DNA from: Minisyncoccota bacterium
GTDB taxonomy: Bacteria > Patescibacteriota > Minisyncoccia > Phycocordibacterales > UBA9973
DNA: 64,000 nt
NCBI GenBank assembly: GCA_041664465.1
Contig: JBAYKP010000001.1
Span: forward strand, 68,204-132,203
Reading direction: 5' to 3'
A model generated the notes under the pieces. That model was not told the origin of the DNA. It saw nothing but the letters and a program-made list of their open reading frames with translations, and searched no databases. Of this stretch, positions 19,621 through 28,437 are shown piece after piece; within the stretch, counting starts at the first letter, position 1, and each line of letters begins with the position of its first letter. The position numbers and the translations under genes were made by a program.

Positions 19621-20805
19621 ATGCCTAAAATAAACCCAGACATAGAATCATTCGCTAGAATTAAGGTTATCGGTATTGGTGGTTCAGGGAAAAATGCCCT
19701 CAATCATATGATAGCCTCAAAAGTAAAAGGAGTGGAATTCATAGTTATGAATACTGATACTCAGGATTTGCATAACTCACTCGCTGAAAAGAAGGTCCAC
19801 CTTGGTAAAAATTTAACTAAAGGTCTCGGAGCTGGAATGAATCCAGAAATTGGAAAGCGTGCCGCCGAAGAAACAAAAGCTGAGATTCAAGATGTTATCA
19901 AAGGAGCTGATATGGTATTTATCGCTTGCGGTATGGGAGGAGGTACTGGTACAGGAGCTGCTCCTATCGTCGCTCAAGCTGCCAAAGAGCAAGGAATTCT
20001 TACTGTCGCCGTTGTCACTAAACCATTTTCATTTGAAGGAAATCAAAGAATGAAGATAGCCGAAGCTGGACTCTCCGAGCTTGAACGTGAAGTTGATGCA
20101 ATTCTTGTAATTCCAAATGATAGACTTATAGTTATTTCTGGTAAAGATGTCGGATTCAGACAAGCCTTCGAACTTTGTGATGAAGTGTTGAAGCAAGCCG
20201 TAGAAGGTATCTCTGAACTTATCACCACCCCTGGAATGATCAACGTAGACTTCGCAGATATCAAAGCTGTAATGTCCGATGCAGGAAGTGCTCTTATGGG
20301 AGTAGGAATTGCCGCTGGAGAAGGTAGAGCTGAGAAGGCTGCCTTACAAGCTATCAATTCCCCACTTCTAGATCTTTCTATTTCTGGAGCAAAAGGAGTT
20401 CTCTTTGCTATCTCAGGAGGAGATGATCTCACTATCCACGAAATCCAAGAAGCCGCTAAGATAATCACTGAGTCTATCGATAAAGAAGCCAAAGTAATAT
20501 TTGGAACTATTAGCGACGACAAGCTCAAGAAAGGCGAAATGAAAGTGACAGTCATCGCGACTGGCTTCCCTACTGATATGCCGAAGCGTTCACTATTCCA
20601 GATTCATCAAAAGGCCAATGAGCCAACAGTAAATTCTTCTACCAAAGAAGAGATTCTACAAGCGGTCAATGGTAAAGATTCTTCTTCTGATTACATCAAG
20701 AAAAATGATAAAGATAAAACAGAAAAAGCAGAAGATGATCTATTCATAGATGATACTGATGATTGGAGTACAGTGCCTGCGTTTTTGAGAAGAAATAAGA
20801 AATAG
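19621..20805 (+). CDS. ftsZ: Cell division protein FtsZ
   Basis: GGGTGTG, INVDFAD and C-terminal VPAFLRR. Confidence 0.98.
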   Translation: MPKINPDIESFARIKVIGIGGSGKNALNHMIASKVKGVEFIVMNTDTQDLHNSLAEKKVHLGKNLTKGLGAGMNPEIGKRAAEETKAEIQDVIKGADMVFIACGMGGGTGTGAAPIVAQAAKEQGILTVAVVTKPFSFEGNQRMKIAEAGLSELEREVDAILVIPNDRLIVISGKDVGFRQAFELCDEVLKQAVEGISELITTPGMINVDFADIKAVMSDAGSALMGVGIAAGEGRAEKAALQAINSPLLDLSISGAKGVLFAISGGDDLTIHEIQEAAKIITESIDKEAKVIFGTISDDKLKKGEMKVTVIATGFPTDMPKRSLFQIHQKANEPTVNSSTKEEILQAVNGKDSSSDYIKKNDKDKTEKAEDDLFIDDTDDWSTVPAFLRRNKK

Positions 20806-20809
20806 AATT

Positions 20810-20841
20810 TTTAAAAAATCCCCATTAGGGGATTTTTTAAA
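20810..20841 (+). terminator. Terminator hairpin after ftsZ
   Basis: ttaaaaaatcccc-atta-ggggattttttaa. Confidence 0.8.
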
Positions 20842-20860
20842 TTATGTTAAAATAGCCAGT

Positions 20861-21787
20861 ATGTACGATTTAATAATATTAGGTGGAGGGCCGGCTGGAT
20901 CAGGAGCTGCTGTCTATTCTGCCCGCAAACAACTTAAAACTGCTATTATCACCAATGAATTCGGAGGCCAATCCATAGTCTCAGAGCTTATTTATAATTG
21001 GATTGGTACACCTGAAATTTCGGGTCAGGATTTAGCAACGAATTTGAAAAAGCATGTCCTTTATTACAAAGGACCGTATTTAGATATTATCGATGGAGAG
21101 AAAATAATTTCTGTTACTAAAAATGACAAAATAATTACTATTAAATCTGAATCTGGTAAAGAATACACTACAAAAGCCTTACTCATATCAACTGGCAGTA
21201 GTAGACGAAAGTTAGAAGCAATAAATGCAGACAAATATGAGCACAAAGGGATTACCTACTGTGCTTCCTGTGATGGACCTTTATATGAAGGACAAGATGT
21301 GCTTGTGATAGGTGGCGGTAATGCTGCTTTTGAAACATCTGCCCAGCTTCTAGCATATTGTAAGAGCGTCACTCTTATACACAGAAGCGATAAATTCCGA
21401 GCCGACGAAATCACTGTAGAAAAATTACTTGAAAATCCAAAATTCAAAGCAATTAAAAATGCAAATATCACGAGAGTAGATGGCGAACAATTCGTAAGCT
21501 CTCTTACCTATACAGACAAAATAACTGGCGAAGAGCACACACTCAATTCTACAGGGATATTCATAGAGATAGGTCAAATCCCCAATACCAATTTTGTAAA
21601 AGATATAGTAAATATAGATGAATTTGATAAGATTATCGTAGACCCTATGTCTCAAATGTCTAGTACAGAAGGCATCTGGGCAGCTGGAGACTGCACCAAT
21701 GGACAGTATCATCAGAACAACATCGCCGTCGGCGACGCCGTCAAAGCACTAGAAGATATTTATATTTGGATACAGAAGAATAAATAG
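20861..21787 (+). CDS. trxB: Thioredoxin-disulfide reductase-like FAD oxidoreductase
   Basis: GGGPAG, YCASCDG, GGGNAA and AAGD. Confidence 0.85.
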   Translation: MYDLIILGGGPAGSGAAVYSARKQLKTAIITNEFGGQSIVSELIYNWIGTPEISGQDLATNLKKHVLYYKGPYLDIIDGEKIISVTKNDKIITIKSESGKEYTTKALLISTGSSRRKLEAINADKYEHKGITYCASCDGPLYEGQDVLVIGGGNAAFETSAQLLAYCKSVTLIHRSDKFRADEITVEKLLENPKFKAIKNANITRVDGEQFVSSLTYTDKITGEEHTLNSTGIFIEIGQIPNTNFVKDIVNIDEFDKIIVDPMSQMSSTEGIWAAGDCTNGQYHQNNIAVGDAVKALEDIYIWIQKNK

Positions 21788-21794
21788 TTTAATC

Positions 21795-22532
21795 TTAAAT
21801 TTTATGTATTTGTTCAAGTTGCTCTTTGGTATTCACTCCAAGAGCTTCTTTGGGATCTATAGATATTGACTCTATTTTTTTATGTTCATCAAAAGCCATA
21901 CCAACTAAGTCGGTAAGATAATATTCATTCTGAGTATTATTATTCTTAAGTAAATGTAAATGACTCCACATCCAAGTAGCATCAAAGCACATATAAGCTG
22001 GGTTTACTTCTTTAATTTCTTTTTCTTCTTCTGTGGCATCTTTCACTTCAACTATTTTTATAATATTATTATTTTCATCTCTTACAAATCTTCCAAAATT
22101 TAAAAAAGCTTCTCTCCAATCATAAAAATCATCTACTGTAGCTGTCGCCATTGTTAATACTGAATTTGATTTTATGTGTGAATTTACTAAATTTCTAATA
22201 GTAGATGAAGTTATTAGTGGATGATCAGCATAAAGAACGAGAACGGTATCCGCCCCCTTAGCTTCATTTTCTGCTGACATAACAGCGTGCCCTGTACCAA
22301 GCTGTTCTGCTTGTACCGCATATGTGTAATCATCACCTAAAACACTTCGAATCATATCCCCCTTTTGCCCAATAACTATTATTGGATTAGGACAGACACC
22401 TGATTCTTTTACTGAATCAAGCAAATGATTAATAAAAGATTTACCATGAAGAAGAGTTAAAGCTTTTGGTAATTCTGATTGCATTCGTTTACCATGACCT
22501 GCTGCTAAAATTATGATTTGTGTATTTTTCAT
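21795..22532 (-). CDS. Nucleotidyltransferase (GlmU N-terminal domain only)
   Basis: LAAGHGKRM..PK, QLGTGHAV and EYYLTD; no left-handed beta-helix domain. Confidence 0.8.
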   Translation of the reverse strand: MKNTQIIILAAGHGKRMQSELPKALTLLHGKSFINHLLDSVKESGVCPNPIIVIGQKGDMIRSVLGDDYTYAVQAEQLGTGHAVMSAENEAKGADTVLVLYADHPLITSSTIRNLVNSHIKSNSVLTMATATVDDFYDWREAFLNFGRFVRDENNNIIKIVEVKDATEEEKEIKEVNPAYMCFDATWMWSHLHLLKNNNTQNEYYLTDLVGMAFDEHKKIESISIDPKEALGVNTKEQLEQIHKI

Positions 22533-22627
22533 ATTAAATGTGGTCACTTATAATTTTCTGCTGAAAATTTATGCGACCCCGCCTCGGCTCGACAGCCTCC
22601 GGCTCGCACAAAATCTCCCAGATTTTG

Positions 22628-22700
22628 TGCGCGGTGAGGGATTTGAACCCCCGGCCTACCCCACGTCAAGGGGTCGCTCTACCAACTGAGCTAACCGCGC
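22628..22700 (-). tRNA. tRNA-Val(GAC)
   Basis: Reverse complement GCGCGGT-TAGCTCAGTTGGTAGAGC-ACCCC TTGACGT GGGGT-GGTTCAAATCC-ACCGCGC A; no encoded CCA. Confidence 0.95.
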
Positions 22701-22718
22701 AAAAAATTAAAAAACGGG

Positions 22719-22805
22719 CGGAAGCGGTGAGATTCGAACTCACGATACGGTTTCCCGCATGTCACTTTTCGAAAGTGATGCCTTCAACCTCTCAGCCACG
22801 CTTCC
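22719..22805 (-). tRNA. tRNA-Ser(CGA)
   Basis: Reverse complement GGAAGCG..TCACT TTCGAAA AGTGA, long variable arm, GTTCGAATC..CGCTTCC G. Confidence 0.93.
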
Positions 22806-22869
22806 CAAATATTAACCTTCTGATTATAAACAAAAACCCTCGAATTATCAAGGTCTAAATTATTAATTA

Positions 22870-24381
22870 TTAATTATCCATTAGACTCTCCCCTGTCATT
22901 TCTTCTGGCTTTTTAATATCTAAAATTTTAAGTATACTCGGAGCCACGTCCGCCAATGTACCCTTATGTAAAGTCCCTGTCATATTCGTCAGAATAAATG
23001 GCACTGGATCAGTCGTGTGCGAAGTATGCCTCTCTCCTGTCTTCTGATCTATGTTTATCTCTGCGTTCCCGTGATCGGCTGTGATGCAAGCCACCCCATT
23101 ATTTATATTCAGAGCTTCTAAGACTCTGCCCAATTCTTTATCTACTTCTTCTATTCCTGTTATTATTGCTTTCACATCTGCGGTATGTCCTACCATATCG
23201 GCATTAGCAAAATTTATAAATATGAAATCCGTTCCTTTCTGTATTTGCTCTATTGCTTTCTCTGCTACTCCCTCGGCTGACATCTTGGGTGCTAGATTGT
23301 AAGTAAGTACCCCTTTGGGACTTTGCACTAGTATATCTTCTTCATTTTGATATGGTTTCTCTTCTCCGCAATTAAGGAAATAGGTAGCATGAGCAAATTT
23401 CTCCGTCTCGGCGATATGAGCTTGTGTGAGACCATTTTCACTTATAACTTTCCCCAACGTGTCATTTACCTTTATTGGTTGGAAAATAATAGGACAATTA
23501 TATTCTTTGCCATAATCGGTCATTGTGACTAGGAGAATATTCTCTGTCCTCGACTTCTCCATTAATTTCTCGGTAATCATTCGCATACGATCAGCTCGGA
23601 AATTAAACAAGAAAAATCCATCATTTTTATTTAAAGTATATGTACCCCCTTCTTTATTTTTGCAAACAAATGGCTCTAATGATTCATCAGACGAGAGACC
23701 CTCTTTATATAAATTCTTTAGAAAGATGGATGGCTTTATGTCACACATTCTTCCCTTGCCATCAAATATTACTTCTTCTGCTTTGTCCAAGCGTTCCCAT
23801 CTCTTGTCTCTATCCATTGCATAAAGACGCCCAGAGACAGAAGCTATCTCGCCAATGCCCAACTTCTCTATAAAATCTTCAAGCTGTTTTATATAACCTA
23901 CACCAGATTGGGGTGGGACATCACGCCCATCGGTGATAATATGAATGGCAATTTTCTTAATCCCATAATCCTTCGCCATTTGAAGAAATGCAAAAAGGTG
24001 CGTTATATGGCTATGCACTCCTCCGTCTGAGACAAGCCCAGCAGTATGAAGAGTGGAATTATTCTTCACAATATGCTCAAACAAAAGTTTAAAAGTGGGA
24101 TTATTCTTGAATTCACCTGTTTCTATCGCTTTATCAATTCTGACTAAATCCTGATCAAGTGGACGCCCTGCTCCTATCGTCATATGACCTACTTCACTAT
24201 TACCCATCTGACCATATGGTACCCCCACAGAGAGCCCTGAGGCCTCCAAAATAGTATGCGGATACTTCGCCCATATATTATCCCAAATAGGCTTCTTGGC
24301 TTCTGCTATGGCATTATCTTTCGTATCTTCTCTATACCCCCAGCCATCAAGGACTATCAAGGCAATTTGTTTCTTTTGCAT
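22870..24381 (-). CDS. gpmI: 2,3-bisphosphoglycerate-independent phosphoglycerate mutase
   Basis: LDGWG, QMGNSEVGH, DGGVHSH, ETEKFAH, DMVGH and TADHGNAE. Confidence 0.96.
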   Translation of the reverse strand: MQKKQIALIVLDGWGYREDTKDNAIAEAKKPIWDNIWAKYPHTILEASGLSVGVPYGQMGNSEVGHMTIGAGRPLDQDLVRIDKAIETGEFKNNPTFKLLFEHIVKNNSTLHTAGLVSDGGVHSHITHLFAFLQMAKDYGIKKIAIHIITDGRDVPPQSGVGYIKQLEDFIEKLGIGEIASVSGRLYAMDRDKRWERLDKAEEVIFDGKGRMCDIKPSIFLKNLYKEGLSSDESLEPFVCKNKEGGTYTLNKNDGFFLFNFRADRMRMITEKLMEKSRTENILLVTMTDYGKEYNCPIIFQPIKVNDTLGKVISENGLTQAHIAETEKFAHATYFLNCGEEKPYQNEEDILVQSPKGVLTYNLAPKMSAEGVAEKAIEQIQKGTDFIFINFANADMVGHTADVKAIITGIEEVDKELGRVLEALNINNGVACITADHGNAEINIDQKTGERHTSHTTDPVPFILTNMTGTLHKGTLADVAPSILKILDIKKPEEMTGESLMDN

Positions 24382-24456
24382 ATTATTATTGTACCATAAA
24401 ACTATATCATTTTAAAAATAAAAACGCCCACATATTTAATAATTATATGCAGGGTT

Positions 24457-24594
24457 TTATTTAGACTTAGTAGCATTTCTTTTTGCTACCTTTTTTCGAG
24501 CTTTTTTGAATTTAGCTATCCTAATAGCTTTTTTTATTCTCTCAACAATTGCGTGAACCTCTAGGTCATATTCTGTCCAAAATTTAGTTCTCAT
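24457..24594 (-). CDS. Putative small basic protein (45 aa)
   Basis: Manual translation MRTKFWTEYDLEVHAIVERIKKAIRIAKFKKARKKVAKRNATKSK*, followed by a weak hairpin. Confidence 0.35.
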   Translation of the reverse strand: MRTKFWTEYDLEVHAIVERIKKAIRIAKFKKARKKVAKRNATKSK

Positions 24595-24670
24595 AATTTC
24601 TACAATTTTAAGTTTATTTTAATAGTACAACTATGAGAAAATAAAGGCAATAAAGTTGCTAATAAATTTC

Positions 24671-24843
24671 ACCGGGACCGTGAGTACACTTATCGACGAT
24701 TACATCGTCAGGTACTTTTCGCTCTGTTTAGCAACAGAGAACGAAAAGTCTTTCGCTTCCCGGACGCGAGATATGCAGATATCTCGCTTAGGGTCACAAA
24801 TTAAAAACACCCTCTTTCGAGAGGTTTTTAATTTGTGACCCTA
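24671..24843 (-). other. Highly structured element fused to the 3' end of tRNA-Glu
   Basis: Perfect 20-bp IR (24789-24808 / 24824-24843) overlapping the acceptor stem, plus nested hairpins. Confidence 0.7.
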
Positions 24844-24907
24844 CCGGGAATCGAACCCGGATTACCGGCTTGAAAAGCCGATGTCCTAACCGTTAGACGA
24901 TAAGGCC
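24836..24907 (-). tRNA. tRNA-Glu(TTC)
   Basis: Reverse complement GGCCTTA-TCGTCTAACGGTTAGGAC-CGGC TTTTCAA GCCG-GGTTCGATTCC-TAGGGTC A. Confidence 0.95.
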
Positions 24908-25012
24908 AAAATATAACTCAAATAGTATAACATTTTTATATGAAAAATCAAATTTTAAAATAAAAAAAATTCTGCAATCAACGCTACAGAATTTTTTTAA
25001 ACTTTCATCCCC

Positions 25013-25219
25013 TCATTTTTGGGGGAGGCGGCGGGAAAATATCGCAATGGCAATAATCCCTAGGGAGATTGCTATCCCAAAGGCCCCGAGAGTTTCAGTG
25101 GCTTTTAAATCTAAACCATCAACCACAACTCCATAATTATTTGCCAGACGACAACAACAAAACAAAATGAAGGAAACTACTCCTAGAATAATTCCTCTTG
25201 TCAAATTTTTTTTCCACAT
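25013..25219 (-). CDS. Small two-TM hypothetical protein
   Basis: Two hydrophobic segments; GTG start. Confidence 0.4.
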   Translation of the reverse strand: MWKKNLTRGIILGVVSFILFCCCRLANNYGVVVDGLDLKATETLGAFGIAISLGIIAIAIFSRRLPQK

Positions 25220-25422
25220 AGCAACAAAGAATTGAGATGAATATTGGAACTTTTTTTCTTTACCTTACTCCAAATTCCTTCTTTTAGCAACACCCTGTAC
25301 GAGATGAGTACCTCGGTTGCCCCATATCTTTCCTTCTTCTTTTAGTTTATAATTAAACATATGGTAGATACTAATTAGTCTATTTATCTTGCCACGTAAT
25401 TATCATTAAATTAATTAATAAT

Positions 25423-25533
25423 ATGGATGATACAAAATGCCCAGTATGTGGCAATATGCCATGTACTTGTGAAGCAAAGGAGAAATGTCCTGTATGTGGA
25501 AATGAGCCTTGTACTTGTGCCCCAAAGGAATAA
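25423..25533 (+). CDS. Small Cys-rich tandem-repeat peptide (36 aa, 8 Cys), possibly metal-binding
   Basis: MDDTKCPVCGNMPCTCEAKEKCPVCGNEPCTCAPKE*; the two repeat units differ at synonymous sites; followed by a terminator. Confidence 0.75.
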   Translation: MDDTKCPVCGNMPCTCEAKEKCPVCGNEPCTCAPKE

Positions 25534-25557
25534 ACTAGTGTTTTAGAAATACTCAAT

Positions 25558-25590
25558 CAAAAGCACCGCGACGTAGTCGCGGTGCTTTTG
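25558..25590. terminator. Bidirectional terminator between the Cys peptide and the pilin cluster
   Basis: caaaagcaccgcgac-gta-gtcgcggtgcttttg. Confidence 0.8.
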
Positions 25591-25635
25591 TGTTTTGTGC
25601 TATATGCTATGTGTTACATGCTATATGCTTTTGTA

Positions 25636-25956
25636 TTACTGTAAATTTCCAACTGTATAGTCGCCGTTTTGAATCTTGATACCTTTCGTGCCCAATGTAG
25701 TAAGTAAGATATTCATAATTCCAAAGACAGCCACCATAATAAACATTCCGACTACTCCCCAAAGCATATGTTGCTTGCTAGTCTTCCTTATCTCTTCATT
25801 ATCCGGAGACAATAAATATTTCGCAAGTCCATATATAAAGTATATGATAGCCAAAGCAAATAGGAAAGTAATAAGAGGATTGATGATAACCCTATTGATA
25901 CTTGCCATAAGACTGACAACATTTGCTTCTGCAACTGGAATGATTTGAAAATTCAT
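25636..25956 (-). CDS. VirB2/TrbC-like (CPR T4SS-type) pilin
   Basis: VAEA signal-like end, two TMs, G.KY..S.DNEE..K..MLWGVVGMFI. Confidence 0.75.
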   Translation of the reverse strand: MNFQIIPVAEANVVSLMASINRVIINPLITFLFALAIIYFIYGLAKYLLSPDNEEIRKTSKQHMLWGVVGMFIMVAVFGIMNILLTTLGTKGIKIQNGDYTVGNLQ

Positions 25957-25963
25957 AATAATA

Positions 25964-26338
25964 TTAACAAGGCAATAATTGACCAGAAGGAGTGTAAGTA
26001 GGAGTACAAGGAACGATCTGTCTACCTGATGCATTACCTACTCCGAAAGTATTCATAACGATACCTATAATTCCCCAGAAAGCCACAATAACAAAAAGAC
26101 CGATAAGCCCATTGATGATTTTCGCACGGCCACCTTTCTTAGCTTCTTCATCAGAAGACATAATGAACTGAACTATACCCCAGACGAAGTAGATAACTGC
26201 GACAGTAATCAACAAAGGAAGAACATAAGCTAAAAGTTGATTTATTCTAATAAGAATGGTATCAAAAGTTGTTGATTCAGCAAAAACAACAAATGGTGAG
26301 AAAGCCAAAACAGAACCTAATGCAATAATTTTTTTCAT
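25964..26338 (-). CDS. VirB2/TrbC-like pilin
   Basis: Signal peptide VFA; WGIVQFI..DEEAKK.G..IINGLIGLFV. Confidence 0.78.
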   Translation of the reverse strand: MKKIIALGSVLAFSPFVVFAESTTFDTILIRINQLLAYVLPLLITVAVIYFVWGIVQFIMSSDEEAKKGGRAKIINGLIGLFVIVAFWGIIGIVMNTFGVGNASGRQIVPCTPTYTPSGQLLPC

Positions 26339-26453
26339 AAAAAACTTTAATAATAAATTATAATAATTTGTTAAATCCTACCGACCGTAGGAGATAAAAC
26401 TAAACGTACAATACTATATGTATATTATAACAACAATGTTTAATATACACAAT

Positions 26454-26810
26454 CTACTGAATCTTTTCTGGAAGACTTGGAAGAGCCGACTTGACCCCAA
26501 ATGTACCAGAGAAAATTCCAACCAATCCCCAAATACTGACCATCACAAATAAAGTGATAATACCCCAGAACATGAAACTTTTCCCATCTTTACGCTTCTC
26601 TTCATTGTCAGGATTCAAGAAATATTTAATAATCCCGTAGACAAAGCCAACGACAGCCAAAGCCACCAATAAAGGGACAACGGCATTCATCAATGTACAA
26701 GTGATAAAGTTGATAATATCCGTCAGACTCTTCATCTCTCCCACTCCCGGACAACTACTAACTGCTCCGTTCAAATTTGACCCTGCTGCATATGCAATCA
26801 ATGTATTCAT
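26454..26810 (-). CDS. VirB2/TrbC-like pilin
   Basis: YGIIKYF..DNEEKRKDGKSFMFWGII. Confidence 0.78.
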   Translation of the reverse strand: MNTLIAYAAGSNLNGAVSSCPGVGEMKSLTDIINFITCTLMNAVVPLLVALAVVGFVYGIIKYFLNPDNEEKRKDGKSFMFWGIITLFVMVSIWGLVGIFSGTFGVKSALPSLPEKIQ

Positions 26811-26869
26811 TTTATAAATTTATATTATACTTTTAATTCTTCGACCTATTTAATAAATCAAGTAATAAA

Positions 26870-27328
26870 TTAAGCACCATTGGTAATATCTTTGACTGTC
26901 GATCCGATCGCTTGGGCTATAACATAGGCTCCTAAGAGTAATGCTCCACCGATAACTGTATAAAGGAGCGTCCTGTGCGCTATCTCAAGCTCACTTGGAT
27001 TCCCTTGAGCCTTCACATAGAGGAAGCCAGCATAAATAATAGCCAGAGCAAGGATAGGTATACCCACAACGAGGACGATATTGATAATGGCTTCTATGAA
27101 TTTCGGAATCGTATCTAGATTCTCTCCTAGCGGATTCTTGATCCCCGCATCAACTTTGACTCCTGCAGGACAAGTAGTAGCTGTTGTTTCTACCCCATTA
27201 CATTTAATAGCAAACGCCACAGGACTCAATAGTATAAAACCTAAAACTAAAATAGGTCCTAATTTTAATATATTCCCCAAAATACTATACTTTTTTCTTT
27301 TTAAATTTTTCATACTTTGTCTCGCCAT
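26870..27328 (-). CDS. VirB2/TrbC-like pilin
   Basis: IKNPLG..IYAGFLYVKAQGNPSEL..A..TLLYTVIG. Confidence 0.8.
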   Translation of the reverse strand: MARQSMKNLKRKKYSILGNILKLGPILVLGFILLSPVAFAIKCNGVETTATTCPAGVKVDAGIKNPLGENLDTIPKFIEAIINIVLVVGIPILALAIIYAGFLYVKAQGNPSELEIAHRTLLYTVIGGALLLGAYVIAQAIGSTVKDITNGA

Positions 27329-27366
27329 AGCTATTGCGTCGGCGGATTAAAATTTGTTAATAATAA

Positions 27367-28434
27367 TTACTTTTGTAATGATGATTTGTCTAAGAATGTA
27401 TTGATTTCTGCATTTTTATCAAGCAAAGTTGTCATAATAGTATTCACGACAAGCCAAGCTGCGAGAGCCACGATATATCCGATAACTACATTGAAGAGTA
27501 TATGCCTTGCTTTCTCTGTCTGGCCTGCACTCCCACCAGCCGTCAAGAATAAATAGGCAGTATACATTATGATAAGAGCTACCAATGGAGTCGCAATAGT
27601 AAATAATACGAATTTAATAAGATTATTTAGCAATAACATAAAATAATTGAAATCACAGGGATTCTTGTATTGACCAGTCACTTTGTCTATCTCGCCAGTA
27701 TTACAAGTGGGGACAATTTTACTGCCATTATCTTGGATAACGGGAGTAGGAGTATTGATAGGAGTGACAGGAGCATTTTTATCTATCAATGTATCGAATC
27801 CAATTTGTTTATGAGTAACATTACCGTCTAAATTTAAATCTAGTGATGCGTCATAAGAGTGCCCTGCAGTTAAACCCTCTACTTTAAATTGAAATGTCCC
27901 ATCAGAAGCTGAATTAATAGTCCATACTTTAAATGGAGCTTGCGCCGTCCTATCATACACTGATAATTGATAAGCTTGACTTGTCATCAGACCAGAAGCT
28001 TTCAATAAAACAGAGGTCATAGTGACAGAAGTAATATCGTATTGAAATACAATATACTCTGCGGTAATGATTCTAAAAATGTCAGAGCTGACGGTACTCA
28101 AATTACTAAAATTCATCACTGTAATCTTGCCATCTGTAGCACCAACGGGCACTTTAACTTTGATTTCAGTAGCCGTACAACTTTCTACAATAGTTCGGAC
28201 CGTATTAAATGTTACATAATCTAGACGCTGGAAATTCTCACCCTTAATAGTAATGACGTCACCTATCTTTGCAGAAAGCGGGCTAATGCTTGTAATCACG
28301 GGAGTAACTTTGGCATTTAGAAGTGAAGAATCATCACATTTCACTGCAGCAAAAACCTTATTCACATTTATAAAACTACTTATAAAAATAATGACCAGTA
28401 TTAAACTAAATATAATTCCAATATTTTTTTTCAT
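27367..28434 (-). CDS. Secreted IPT/TIG-domain protein with a C-terminal VirB2-like pilin domain
   Basis: PVITSISP..G..ITIKGENF..IKVKVP (IPT), then PC.F..LL..FLTAGGS..EKA..ILFNVVIG. Confidence 0.7.
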   Translation of the reverse strand: MKKNIGIIFSLILVIIFISSFINVNKVFAAVKCDDSSLLNAKVTPVITSISPLSAKIGDVITIKGENFQRLDYVTFNTVRTIVESCTATEIKVKVPVGATDGKITVMNFSNLSTVSSDIFRIITAEYIVFQYDITSVTMTSVLLKASGLMTSQAYQLSVYDRTAQAPFKVWTINSASDGTFQFKVEGLTAGHSYDASLDLNLDGNVTHKQIGFDTLIDKNAPVTPINTPTPVIQDNGSKIVPTCNTGEIDKVTGQYKNPCDFNYFMLLLNNLIKFVLFTIATPLVALIIMYTAYLFLTAGGSAGQTEKARHILFNVVIGYIVALAAWLVVNTIMTTLLDKNAEINTFLDKSSLQK

Positions 28435-28437
28435 AAA

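Noticed and set aside
22571-22858. 95-aa ORF on +
   Set aside because: Antisense shadow of tRNA-Val and tRNA-Ser
24656-24838. 60-aa ORF on +
   Set aside because: Overlaps the hairpin-rich tRNA-Glu trailer; no protein features
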